Source: Mustelus asterias (Eukaryota). Taken from it: DNA of 64,000 nt. Location of the stretch: positions 1,054,001 through 1,118,000 of the forward strand of contig NW_027590154.1 of NCBI RefSeq assembly GCF_964213995.1, read 5' to 3'. The position numbers were made by a program, and so were the translations under genes. Positions 22,715 to 36,180 of this stretch are shown one piece after another; the stretch's first letter is position 1, and each line of letters starts with the position of its first letter. Below the pieces are notes generated by a model that was given only the letters and a program-made list of their open reading frames with translations, searched no databases and was not told where the DNA came from.

Positions 22715-25064
22715 AATTCATAAGAACATAAGAAATAGGAGCAGGAGTAGGCCATCTAGCCCCTCGAGCCTGCCCCGCCATTCAATAAGATCATGGCTGA
22801 TCTGACGTGGATCAGTACCACTTACCCGCCTGATCCCCATAACCCTTAATTCCCTTACCGATCAGGAATCCATCCATCCGCGCTTTAAACATATTCAGCG
22901 AGGTAGCCTCCACCACCTCAGTGGGCAGAGAATTCCAGAGATTCACCACCCTCTGGGAGAAGAAGTTCCTCCTCAACTCTGTCTTAAACCAACCCCCCTT
23001 TATTTTGAGGCTGTGTCCTCTAGTTTTAACTTCCTTACTAAGTGGAAAGAATCTCTCCGCCTCCACCCTATCCAGCCCCCGCATTATCTTCTCAGTCTCC
23101 ATAAGTTCCCCCCTCATCCTTCTAAACTCCAACGAGTACAAACCCAATCTCCTCAGCCTCTCCTCATAATCCAAACCCCTCATCTCCGGTATCAACCTGG
23201 TGAACTTTCTCTGCACTCCCTCCAATGCCAATATATCCTTCCTCATATAAGGGGACCAATACTGCACACAGTATTCCAGCTGCGGCCTCACCAATGCCCT
23301 GTACAGGTGCATCAAGACATCCCTGCTTTTATATTCTATGCCCTTCGCAATATAGGCCAACATCCCATTTCCCTTCTTGGTCACCTGTTGTACCTGCAGA
23401 CTGGGCTTTTGCGTCTCATGCACAAGGACCCCCAGGTCCCTTTGCACGGTAGCATGTTTTAGTTTGTTTCCATTGAGATAGTAATCCCATTTGTTATTAT
23501 TTCCTCCAAAGTGTATAACCTCGCATTTCTCAACGTTATACTCCATTTGCCATATCCTCGCCCACTCACTCAGCCTGTCCAAATCTCTCTGCAGATCTTC
23601 TCCGTCCTCCACACGATTCACTTTTCCACTTATCTTTGTGTCGTCTGCAAACTTCGTTACCCTACACTCCGTACCCTCCTCCAGATCATCTATATAAATG
23701 GTAAACAGTTGCGGCCTGAGTACCGATCCCTGCGGCACGCCACTAGTTACCTTCCTCCAACCGGAAAAACACCCATTTATTCCGACTCTTTGCTTCCTGT
23801 CGGATAGCCAGTCCCCAATCCACTTTAACACACTGCCCCCAACTCCGTGTGCCCTAATCTTCTTCAGCAGCCTTTTATGGGGCACCTTATCAAACGCCTT
23901 TTGGAAATCCAAAAACACCGCATCCACCGGTTCTCCTCCATCAACCGCCCTCGTCACATCTTCATAAAAATCCAACATGTTCGTCAAGCACGACTTTCCC
24001 CTCATGAATCCATGCTGCGTCTGATTGATCGAACCATTTCTATCCAGATGCCCTGCTATCTCCTCTTTAATAATGGATTCCAGCATTTTCCCTACTACAG
24101 ACGTTAAGCTGACTGGCCTATAGTTACCCGCCTTTTGTCTCCTTCCTTTTTTAAACAGCGGCGTAACATTAGCCGTTTTCCAATCAACCGGCACTACCCC
24201 AGAATGCAACGAGTTTTGATAAATAATCACTAACGCATCCACTATTACCTCTGACATTTCTTTCAATACCCTGAGATGCATTCCATCCGGACCCGGGGAC
24301 TTGTCCACCTTCAGTCCCATTAGTCTACCCAGCACTGCCTCTCTGGTAACATTAATTGTATTAAGTATTTCTCCTGCTGCCAACCCTCTATCGTTAATAT
24401 TTGGCAAACTATTTGTGTCCTCCACCGTGAAGACCGACACAAAAAACTTATTTAAAGACTCAGCCATATCCTCATTTCCCACTATTAACTCCCCCCTCTC
24501 GTCCTCCAAGGGTCCAACATTCACTCTAGCCACTCTATTCCTTTTTATATATTTATAAAAACTTTTACTATCATTTTTTATATTAATTGCTAGCCTAGCT
24601 TCATAGTCTATCCTTCCTTTCTTTATCGCTTTCTTAGTCTCTCTTTGTTGTTTCTTAAATTTTTCCCAATCACTTGTTTCTCCACTATTTTTGGCCACTC
24701 TGTACGCAGCTGTTTTTATTTTAATACTCTCCTTTATTTCCTTCGTTATCCACGGCTGGTTCTCCCTTTTCTTACAATCCTTGTTTTTTGCTGGAATATA
24801 TTTTTGCTGAGAACTGAAAAGGATCTCCTTAAAAATCCTCCACTGTTCCTCAGCTATCCTACCTGCCAGCCTGCTCTCCCAGTCTACCTTAGCCAATTCA
24901 TCCCTCATCCTATCATATTTCCCTCTGTTCAAACAGAGGACACTGGTTTGAGACCAAACTTTCTCCTCTTCCATCTGAATCAGAAATTCGACCATATTGT
25001 GGTCACTAGACCCAAGAGGGTCCTTCACAATAAGATCCTTAATTCTACCTACCTCGTTACACAA
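22715..25064 (-). mobile_element. CR1 LINE, 5'-truncated, uninterrupted 750-aa ORF2 fragment (22812-25064)
   Basis: Begins at the end of the APE endonuclease (PLGSSDHNMVEF); complete RT (DFQKAFD, GVPQGSVL, KFADD); tail (ttcttatg)n. Confidence 0.97.
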
Positions 25065-25119
25065 TTCATGTTTCTGTCTATGTGAGAAAACATCACGCTG
25101 GTTAGTACTACGCTATACA

Positions 25120-25925
25120 AATTCTGGACAAATGTGAGGTAATGCATTTTGGAAGGTCTAATACAGATAGGAAATTTACAGTAAATGGCAGAACCCTTAG
25201 GAGTATTGATAGGCAAAGGGATCTGGGTGTACAGGTACATAGGTCACTGAAAGTGGCAATGCAGGTGGAGAAGGTAGTCAAGAAGGCATACCGCATGCTT
25301 GCCTTCATCGGCCGGTGTATTGAGTTTAGAAATTGGCAAGTCATGTTGACGGTTTATAGAATCTTAGTGAGGCCGCACTTAGAATGTATGGTCAATTCTG
25401 GTCGCCACACTACCAGAAGGATGTGGAGGCTCTGGAGAGGGTACAGAAAAGATTTACCAGGATGTTGCCTGGTATGGAGGGCATTAGCTATGAGCAGAGG
25501 TTGGAGAAACGTGGTTTGTTCTCACTGGAGCGACGGAGGTTGAGGGGAGACCTGATAGAAGTCTGCAAGATTATAAGAGGCATGGACAGAGTGGATAGTC
25601 AGAAGCTTTTTCCCAGGGTGGAAGAGTCAATTACGAGGGGGCATATGTTCATGGTGCGAGGGGCAAGTTTTAAAAGACATGTACGAGGCAGATTTTTTAC
25701 ACAGAGAGTGGTGGGTGCCTGGAACTCGTTGCCGGGGGAGGTAGTGGAAGCCGGCACGGTAGTGACTTTTAAGGGGCGTCTAGGAAAGTACATGAATGAG
25801 ATGGGAATAGAGGGATATGGTCTTCGGAGGCGTAGGGGCTTTTAGTTAAGTCGGGCAGCATGGTCGGTGCAGGCTTAGAGGGCCGAAGTGCCTGTTCCTG
25901 TGCTGTAATTTATCTTTGTTCTTTC
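25120..25925 (+). mobile_element. CR1 3' fragment
   Basis: ORFs 25142-25543 and 25384-25845 (frameshifted RT C-terminus). Confidence 0.93.
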
Positions 25926-26034
25926 CCAGCTCTCAGTAAGCACTGAACTGGACCCAGTCTGCATTCATATTAGTACAAGTGCTGTATCAATAATTGGTGC
26001 ACTCGACACTTTCTCTGTATTACTGTATTACTGC

Positions 26035-26099
26035 ATGGTATTTGTTACCAAATAAACCTGTTGGACTTTAACCTGGTGTTGTGAGACTTCTTACTGTGC
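26035..26099 (+). mobile_element. Mini Penelope-like pLTR fragment with TSD
   Basis: atggtatttgttaccaaataaacctgttggactttaacctggtgttgtgagacttcttactgtg nearly identical to 59233-59296; TTACTGCA repeated at 26028-26035 and 26100-26107. Confidence 0.85.
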
Positions 26100-27656
26100 T
26101 TACTGCACAAAACCCGTCCTTCGTTCATAATACAACAGATCGTATTAGATGGATTGGCTGTGCAAAATTGCCCGTTATTGTCCATAGGGTATGTGGATTC
26201 GTCATGGTAAATGTGTGGGGCTACCGGGGATAGGACAGAGGGGAGGGCCTGGGTGGGATGCAAACTCCGTGAGCCAGATGGTTTTTTGCTGAACTCGAGG
26301 GATTCTATGGTTCTATGTCTAAGAATTATCATATCATACCTTGCTTAGACATTTGAGTGCTTATTTCTTTTAAATATTCCTTTTTCCAATTACCCCCTTT
26401 CGAGAAATGATTTCTTTTAGCAATTTCCCTTCAGTTTTCCAAGTGATAACCTGCAGTCCATCTCTGCCTTCCATGAGTGTATGAAAACACCAGACAGTTC
26501 ATGTATTTCAACTGAAGAACATTTAATATGTAACTATTTATTGACAACCATTCTGCTGTGTGCTCTTGCACACAAAACGATTTCAATCTGACTATTTTGC
26601 TCCCAGCGTTGACTTATCTGTCTTTAAAAATCTGTTGGAAAATGGATAAATCACATCTCGAATGACGAGGAGATTACTGGAAATTGATCTTCTTCGTGTC
26701 TCACTAAAGTTCCTGATTTTCGACTCAATTATGTGCTGATTTGTGAAAATGATGGCGGAAATGACCGTGGGTATATAGCCGACAGGAGATAATTACACCT
26801 GTAATTCTCAAACTTCTTATTCCTATTAATGCAAAGGATTGAAACATCTGCTGTTCTCCAGAGATGGAGCAATATTTCTGTTTAACCGTTACATTCGCCA
26901 ATTCCATGGTAACCATCCTAAATATTTTCTACTGTGTATAGGTTGTACAATCTCGGTAACACGATGAATCAGGATCAGGTATATTATGAGGGTGGCCAGA
27001 CCTTGTGTGATACAAACAGTGATATTGCCTGGTGAACATGGACAGTAGCTGTTCGAGATGGCAGCTCATCATCACTTTGTCAGGGGCAATTAGGGAAGGG
27101 CAACAGATGCGAGTGATGCCCACATCCCATAAATGATTAAACATTATGCAGTAACAACAGAGACAGAATCTAATCTAATATAGACAGATGTGCTGGCGCA
27201 ATGATAACATAAACTGGCCGGGAGAATCATGTGAACTAATGTATGAGATAGATACAATAAGAGAGACAGAACATGATATAACATTTAAATAAACATTTTT
27301 TCCGTGTGATCATTCTAGAAAAAAGTAAATTGTCCAATAATAACTGGCAGGTGTCAAACGTAGCAAAATCAGATACAGGTTCCAATTCACAACTGATTGG
27401 GTAACGGTTTCCAAAAATAATCATAGAGAATTAGAATATTATAATTTGAATGGCCGGCCCCGGTGTTTCACTAACAGAGACAGCTCGGCCCGGAGTCAGA
27501 ATGGGACTTGATATAAGGAAGCAATCTTTTCGAGGGCCCTGCGCAGGTTTCCATGTCATGACGAGTGATGCAGGGATTTGTGTGGTAAACACGGATTGGA
27601 AACCGATGACAGCCGCAAGGGTCACTGACTCCACCTGACTAAGAGCTGTTATTCCC

Positions 27657-28100
27657 GGGGGGGGGGGGGGGGAGGGGGGGGGGTCAATCATGGTGGACTC
27701 CAAACAATTCTGTTATCTGAGGTAACAATGGTGAATCTGTCAGAGGAACAGAAAATAACATTCTCCTTCTCATTCTTACAAACGGTTCCACATTTACAGT
27801 CAGAATTGGGACATGTGAAGACTGAAAAGACTAAGTATGAAAATATAATCGGAGGCAAAACGAATAGTGCAATAACTGTTAAGGATTATTGCACTTTTCC
27901 GAAACAAGTTCGATCCAATGCTAATTTGTTCAAAGTGATGGCTTGTAAATAGAATTGAATAATTGAATTTCGGAATGGTTCCTGGCAAATGTCCACCACC
28001 AACCCTCCCATCCCCCCCCAACCCCCGCCGCCCCCCCCCCTCCACCGCACACACACACACACACACACAGCACACACATACACACACTCACACACACGTG
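27657..28100. repeat. Poly-G tract (27657-27683), C-rich tract (~28003-28045) and (CA)n microsatellite (~28048-28097)
   Basis: Directly visible. Confidence 0.9.
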
Positions 28101-30066
28101 CTGTCAAAAGATAAGATTAGCATAAGACGACAGCTGTATAAATATTGCGTGTTATTCAGTCTCAATGAAGGACAGGGGGAGACTCAGAAACGATGCTAGG
28201 ACAATGATGCATAAGAACCATTAAAATGGACCTATTCTCGAAAATCCTTCACATTTTACTCCATAAAGGATATATCTCATTTATTTTCAAAGTTACTGTG
28301 AAATCTGATTCGATCATACTCTGAAGCTGTTCATTCCAGTCCACAACAACTCTTGTGTAAAAGCAAACAATTACATTTCTGTCTCTCTGCTCAATAAAAT
28401 AAATCTGTGCCCACTGGTTGCTGACCGTCCTCCCAGTTGAAATATCCTCTCTTTAATTACCCCACTCAAAACGTCATGATTTTGAACACGAATAAAAGTG
28501 TTCAATACACTGGCAAGGAGATAGAGAGAGAGAGAGACACCGGGAGAGTTAGGAGAAAGAAAAACGGGGTGCTGACAGATAAAAGCTGAAGAACAAAAAA
28601 TAAATAGCAGATGGAGAGAAAATGATCAAACAATGCAAGATAACAGCTATCATTTCCTTTCTTCACAAAACCTGGGAGAGCTCAGTGACTGATCCACTGA
28701 CAATCCAGTTATGTCCGGGAATGGAAACTCTGAACAGATCGCACCAGACTCATTTGTAAATGTCACCACAATGTGATCTTTATAACACTGCCCTGGCTCT
28801 GTGGACAGATATAGGCCGCACTGACAGATGTTCTCATCAGATTGTGGCCCCTGGATTTATTTTCTGCTCAGAAGTGAGATGTGTGGTTTGGAACTGGCAA
28901 CAAGAATCAGGAAGTTATATTACCTGAGAATGAAACAAACGGGGCCAGTTTAATGTTATCACCGTGAACAGTCTTCCTGCCTGCGAGGGTGAACTGATTC
29001 TGAAAGCTTCAAGAACAGTTACAGAATTGCTGCCGGTCGCAGCATTACATTCACTTCGATTGCCATGTAATGAATCAAGAAAATGATCATATTTGGGGTT
29101 TAGGTAGGTTAATTGAAAGGAAGATGGATTGAAGATTATCGCTGAGAGAAAAGATGGAAAATTAAAGCAACATTTTTCCCCGCACAGGTGTTCTAAAATA
29201 GAAAGTTTAAGTGTGTTAGGTGTTGTGTGAGTGAAATCGAGGAGAGCGTATAAAAGAGTGAACTGGTCTGTTTCCGGCACTGAATTTTCCTCTGTTGAGA
29301 TTGTTGTGTTTCATCGTTTCAGTCACAAGTTGCCTTAAGCATGAAAGTTAAACATTTTTGAACGAGTAGCCAGATCCGGCTCATGGGTACCTGTGTAAGT
29401 GAGCTAAAGGAGATTGAGAGAGAGAAGAGAGGTTTTCCGATTTAGGTCTTGTCTGAGACAGAGAAAGAGAGGAGAGAAGTTCAGTGAGTCATTTGAAAGA
29501 TGCAATGCCTTGGCAGTGGAATGGCCAGCTGTATATCACATTCAAGAGCGTCCAGAGCAGTTCATTAACTTTAGGCATTGACTGAGGCAAAGAATGTGCA
29601 AGTAAATACTGAACAAATTACCATAAAATGCTTAACACTAATTGCAATTATTTACAAAGGAGTTATGACTGGTACCTCACATTGTTATGGGCATAGGGTC
29701 CACTTCGGCCTTGTGTAACTGTCTGTCTGGTTTTTGCAAATTGTGTGCATGGGTTTCCGCCAAGTTTACCGCTTTCCTCCTGCAGTCCAAAGATGTGCAG
29801 GTTAGGAGGAGTGGTCATGCTGAATTGTCCCTGAGTATCCATTTGCAGTCCAACGTGGCATACGTTTATTGTATTCCTCAATTTCTTTTGAACAAGAGGA
29901 TGTTACAAGATTCATCCCAAGCTTTCAACAAATTATTGCACACAATACGTGAGCAACTAGATATGATGTGCAACACCGAATATTTATTAACAAGATGAAA
30001 TGCATACTTCCAACCCCTTTCATCCACACGAATACGTTTCATTTCTTAAGTTAGTATCTATTTATT

Positions 30067-30352
30067 CAAAGTTAATTTATTAGTCACATGTCGGCTTGCA
30101 TTAGCACTGCAATGAAGCGGCTCTGAGAATCCCCCAGTCGCCACACTCTGGCAGCTGTTCGGGTACACTGAGGGAGAATTTGACATTCCCAATGCACCTA
30201 ACTAGCACATCTTTGGAATGTGGAAGGAAACCGACACAGACACAGGGAGAACGTACAAACTCCACACATATAGTGACCAAGCCAGGAATCGAACTCGATT
30301 CCCCAGCACTGTGAGGCAGCAGTGCTAACCACTGCTAACCACTGCGCCATCC
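30067..30352 (-). mobile_element. HE1-head SINE with alternative tail
   Basis: V-domain followed by ctccctcagtgtacccgaac...gtgtggcgac...tcattgcagtg...gtgactaataaa. Confidence 0.85.
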
Positions 30353-30399
30353 AGCTAGCTTGGTCTTCCTCTTTTTCCATCCATCAGACGCATTTTATA

Positions 30400-32320
30400 G
30401 AAAATTAGTAACTGAGGCAGTGCCTGCTATTTTATTCGGACCCAATGTAATGCAACGTGAGGTACCGGTGTACTCAGTAGTGCATGACATACAACCTACC
30501 AAAAATAATATCTGAGATGGAACCTAATGTAACATATGTGGACTATTGACTGAGCAACAACAGCTCAGAAATGATTAATTGTAGCACATATCACGGCATG
30601 TCTTCATGTAATATAAAGGAAGCGGCACGTAATGTAATGTAAACAGATACAAGGTATATTGCAATAATGATTCAAATGAATCAAATGCAGTATATAAAGA
30701 GGCATGGCCTAGTGCATTACTGTATACGACTGCACCAAATGGGTTATTGCAGCGAACATCGTCAAGTACAGTACTAACTGAGACAGGGTTAATTGTAGCC
30801 CTTATAGATCAAGGCCCAGTTCGTTAATAAATTAAACTTCAGGTTGCGTTATATAGTGCAGAAAGAAAGATAAAACGAGATGTGGTGGCGTACAGACATG
30901 ACTGAGACAACTCCTGTGCAATAAAAAAAATTACATGGTTAAATGCAGTAATAACAGAAGGAGGGGCAGTGTAATAAAACTAACCTCAATATATAGTGAA
31001 ATTTAAGCATATACATCGTCGTACCATAGTAAGCAATAGAACAAAAATGGCCATTAATATGTTCCTCGGAATCATAACCTAATTCAGTAATAACGATATG
31101 TGATCTAATGCTATGAATCCTGGAGGATGAACTGCAGTGTTGACTGAGGGAGGAGAGAGAGAGAGAGAGAGACAGATGGACAAGTGCACTAATGTCACTC
31201 CATTTATGATGAATGATCTGCTGAGTGTTTCTGGCAGTTAATTTTTCAGATCCCATGCATCCGCAGTATCTTGTTTTTGAGCAAGGAGATATTTGAACAG
31301 ATTACTAAAAGGACGATCAATAGAGGGACAGTTTTATGCACTGATTTAGACGAGGAAAGTGAGATAAGGAGATTTAGGGAGGGAATAACAGAGCTTAGGG
31401 CCTGGGCAGATTAACACATCCCAAACTGAAAAATAATTTTGAAGATAAGAATGGAAATTGCAGAAAATATATATATTTAAATTCTATTCAAACATACTTG
31501 TTCTGCGGCCATTTCGTTTTATTTCTCTCTGAAACAGATGAACAATTAATCATTGGTTAGAAAATTGGCCTGTGGGAGCCCATCTGGCGATATTGCGAGT
31601 ACAAAATTCTGTCTCATACCGCCAGTGTATCAGTTGAATGCTATTAATAAAATACGACAGGCGAAACAATCTTTATCGCTAAAATCTGCAGCAAATTGAC
31701 ATAGTGCACCACAATCTACAACGAATAAAATGCATCATAACAGAGATTCCTAAATATATTGCAAAGAGCACTGCACTATTGTTCATATTGACCTGTCCCT
31801 CAATGCCAGTTTATCACTGAGAAATTGTTATAACGTTCACGCTAAATATTACCCACACAATAGCAGAGTGATTAGACGTTTCTCACAGCTACTTATAAAT
31901 ATTAGCAAAAAATAAACCTACTGTTTCAAACAAGAATGATTGGTATCGGACAGGCACACCCACATATATCGTGATTGATAATATCTCGACAGACAACATA
32001 TTCATGGTCGCATGTTGGATTAACAGAGACAGGCTCTGATGTAATATAAAGAGACAAATCCTGTGTAATATAAAAAGAGTTGGGATCCGACGTAATATAA
32101 TCAGATCTGTGGTCCACTGTAGGACTAATTGAGATGACCTAATGTAGCATAAATAGAGAAATGGCTGAGTGTAGCATAACGAGAAAAACGACCGAATGTA
32201 GTATAAAGAGAGACAGGGTCCACTGCCATATCATTAAAGACTGGGTCTGGTACAACATAAATAGAAGTATGGACCAATGTCATGTAATCAGAGGATTGAT
32301 TCAGTTAATTAATAACCAAA
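30400..32320 (+). repeat. Degenerate ~26-27 bp minisatellite (ataaacagagacagggtccagtgtaat-like)
   Basis: Periodic gtaatataa...gagac motifs, clearest at 32030-32290; related tracts at 20090-20580, 38210-39720 and 56490-58500. Confidence 0.6.
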
Positions 32321-33099
32321 ATAGCAGGGTCTTCTACATACTGACCCTATTGCCAATGGATAGCGTTTTCATCATAATGAGCAAAACATTCTCATTCATA
32401 ACTTTGAACTTCTGTACTAAATCTCCCATAAACTGCACTGTTCTAAAGGAAAGAAACTCCGCGTTCAGCTGTTCTGATAGTGCAGCTCACGCATGATGAA
32501 CGTCAAGCTCCACACCACCTTCTGCCTCGCATGTTTCCCGATGTCATTTTAGGAATTGATGGAACTTTCACATGGATTCTCAGTAATCAATGGCATCGTG
32601 TCAGAATAAGATTCAAGGCCAAGAAAAGACTTGCTTCTGACAATTAAATGCATCAGTGAAATATTGGACACAGATCTCAGAGTTTAGACACACTGAGCTC
32701 AATGTCATGTCAAAACACAAACTGTGATCGGTTAACAGTCTTATCCCAGTGGAATCAACGTCATTTTTGAGTCAACTGGTAATGTGCTCAATTCCCACAA
32801 CAGATACCTGAGCTCATGGTACAACCTGTGACCAAGTGCTGAATGTTCAGTTGTTCCATTATTGGATGTGATGATATTTCAGTCCAAGGTGTAGCATAGC
32901 AATATTATTATTAAGAATGTATTCCAGAAGCTTGAAGTAATGCTCTGCGGGCAAGAGTTCAAATTCTACCCCAGCAGCTGGGGAATTTCATTTCAATTAA
33001 TTGATTAAGCTGAATCAAACATCGTTGTCTAATTAGTAACAATCATATTTCGGCAAAGCTCATTGTCTTCTCTGATGTATTTTAGGAGAGGAAATTTTA

Positions 33100-36000
33100 C
33101 TTTTTATTTCTAAGGCATATAAAATTGCCAGAAGAAGCAACAAGCCTGAGGGTTTGGAACGTTTTATAATTCAACAAAAGAAGACACAATGTGCGAGCGG
33201 GGTAATAGAATATGAAAGTAAAATGGCAGGAAGCAGAGAAACTAATTGTACAAGCTTCTCTGAATATCTGAAGAGACAAAGATTAGTTCAGACAAATTAG
33301 GTAGCTTCCAGTCAGAATCCAGGGAAATTATAATAGGGAACAAAGAAATGTTGGATGAATAGAACACAAAGTTTGACTCCATCTTCACAAAAGGGGACAC
33401 AAATATCCTCCCAGAAATGTTAGGGAACCAAGGGCTGGTTGGCATTGAAGAACACCAGCTTTAGTAGCAAATCATGCTGGGGAAATTAATGAGGTGAAAT
33501 GCTGATAAATCACAAAGGCCTGAGAATCTACATCCCAGAGTATGAATGGAAATGGCCCTGAAAATATTGGGTGCATTGGTGTCATCCTCTAAAATTCTAT
33601 ACACTCTGGATCAGTTCCATAAGACCATAAGACCATAAGACATAGGAGCGGAAGTAAGGCCATTCGGCCCATCGAGTCCACTCCACCATTCAATCATGGT
33701 TGATTTCAACTCCATTTACCCGCTCTCTCCCCATAGCCCTTAATTCCTCGAGAAATCAAGAATTTATCAATTTCTGTCTTGAAGACGCTCAACGTCTCGG
33801 CCTCCACAGCCCTCTGTGGCAATGAATTCCACAGACCAAGTTCCTATAGATTGGAGGGTGACAAATGAAATCCCAACATGTACAAAGGAAGGGAGAGTAA
33901 AAATGTTGAATTACAGCCTGACTTTAGCATCAGTGAAGATGTTGGAGGCTGTTATCAAAGACATGATAGCAAAATATTTGGAAAGCATTAACGGAATTTG
34001 ATGAAGCCAAAATGGGCTTAAGGAAGATATGTAATTCGTAACAAACATACTTGCGTTTTCTGAGGCTGTAAATAATAGAATAGGGAGGGGGAAGGGAACC
34101 AGGCTATGTGGTGCATTTGCACTTTCAGAAGACGTTTGAGACGGTTCCTCGTACAATTCCAGTCCAAAGATGTGCGGGTTAGGTTGATTGGCCAGGTTAA
34201 AAATTGCCCCTTAGAGTCCTGAGATGCGTAGGTTAGCGGGATTAGTGGGTAAATATGTGGGGGTAGGGCCTGGGTGGGATTGTGGTCGGTGCAGACTCGA
34301 TGGGCCGAATGGCCTCCTTCTGCACTGTAGGGTTTCTATATCTATTCTATATTAGGAGGTCAAATTAAAGCACGTGGGATCGGGAATAATGTATTGACAT
34401 TGTTGTAGAATTCGGTGACAGATAAGAAACAGAGAATGGAAATACATGGGTCTTTTTCCGAGTGGCAGTCAGCGAGTGATGGGGTACTTCAGGATCCCGA
34501 CTTATTTTATTTATTTATTAGTCACATGTCGGCTTACGTTAACACTGCAATGAAGTTACTGTGAAAAACCCCGAGTCACCACACTCCAGCGCCTGTTCGG
34601 GTACACTGAGGGAGAGTTTAGCATGGCCAATGTCCCTAAGCTGCACGTCCTTCGGATGGTGGAGGAAACCGGGGCACCCAGAAGAAATCCACGTAAACAC
34701 GGGGAGAACGTGCAGACTCCGTACAGTAAATGACCCAAGCCGGGAACCGAACCCGGTCCCCCCCGGCGCTGTGCCACCGTGGGATCTGGATAAGGAAATC
34801 AAATGTAACATGTCCTAAGCGGCTGGCGATATATAACTGTGAGCTATGAGGAGGGTGCAGTGACTTGTGAGCTGTGAGGAGGATGCAGGGGGGCTTCAAT
34901 GTGATCTGGACAAGTTGTGTGAATGGGTGAACATGTGGCAGCTGCAGTACAACGTGGTTCAATGTACAGTTATATACGTGTGTAAAGCACAAAACAATAT
35001 ATATTTGGAAGTGTGATCTACAAATGAATCTGGGTATCCTTGTACACCAACCAATGAAATCGGAGAGGTATGTGCAGCAAGCAATTAGGAAGGCCTTCGT
35101 TGCAAGAAGATTTGAGTTCGGAATTAGGGAAGTCTTACTGCAGCAATGCTGGGTCTTCATAAGACCACATCTGGTGTAATGCGTGTAGATTTGATCTCCC
35201 TCCCTAAGAAAGGGACTCTGGCGAGTGCAGCTGATACCCGGATTGGTGGGACTGTCCTATAAGGCGAAATTGATTCGACCGGGCCTGTATTCACTTGACT
35301 GACCTGATGAAGGAGCAGCACTCGGAAAGCTCGTGAGTCCAAATAAACATGTTGGACTTTAACCTGGCGTTGCGAGACTTCTTACTGTGTCCACCCTAGT
35401 GCAACGCTGGCATCTCCACCTCATGTATTCACTCGAGTTTAGACGGATGAGAAGAGATCTGATTGAAATACATAAAATTGTGATTGAAACATTCAAAACA
35501 TAACAAATGAGGGCGGTACAGTGGCACAGTGACTAGCACGGCTGCCTCTCATTGCCAGGGACCTGGGTTCAATTCCCACTTTGGGTCACTGTCTGTGCAG
35601 AGACTGCACATTCTCCCCCTATCTGCGTGGGTTTCCTTCGGGTGCTCCATTTTCCTCCCACAGTCAGAAAGACGTGCTGATTAGGTGCATTGGCAATGCT
35701 AAATTTTCCCTCAGCGTGCCTGAACAGGCGCTGGAGAGTGGCCATGGGCCCTTTCACAGTAACTTCATTGCAGTGTATGTCTATTTGTGCATTAATAATA
35801 AATGAAGTTATGAATAATTAAACGAATTCTAACAGGGCTGAGCAGGCGAGGTGAAGGAAGGACGTTTTCGCTGGTTAGGTAGTCTCAAACCAGGGATGCA
35901 GTCTCAAGACATAGGGTAGCCAATTTAGGACAGAAATGAGGAAACATTTCTTCACTTCAGAGGCGAGTGAACATACGGAGTCCTCTAGCACTGACGGCTT

Positions 36001-36180
36001 TGGATGTCATGCCACTGAATAGATTCAAGAAATAAATCGATCTGTGATTAGATTTTAATGGTATCAGGGGGTGTGGGCAGAATCCAATAATGTGGCCTTG
36101 AGATAGGAAATAACCCATAATCATGAAGACTGGTGGATCAGGCTCGACTGGCCTCCTCCGGCTCCTAATTTCTATGTACC
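33100..36180 (+). mobile_element. Old CR1 LINE with at least five nested insertions
   Basis: Degenerate ORF2 (VPIDWRVTNEIP..., tail at ~36150) interrupted by a CR1 tail 33620-33835(-), HE1 34158-34352(+), SINE 34503-34780(-), Penelope 35296-35423 and SINE 35511-35803(+). Confidence 0.82.
35296..35423 (+). mobile_element. Short Penelope-like pLTR insertion with hammerhead motif
   Basis: CTGATGA (35304-35310)...GAAAGCTC; 10-bp TSD TGTATTCACT at 35286-35295 and 35424-35433. Confidence 0.85.

Noticed and set aside
28750-28805. RSS-like CACAGAG / CACATTG after SAAYIC
   Set aside because: Spacers are 13 or 11 bp, nonamers are poor and the position relative to the Cys is wrong.
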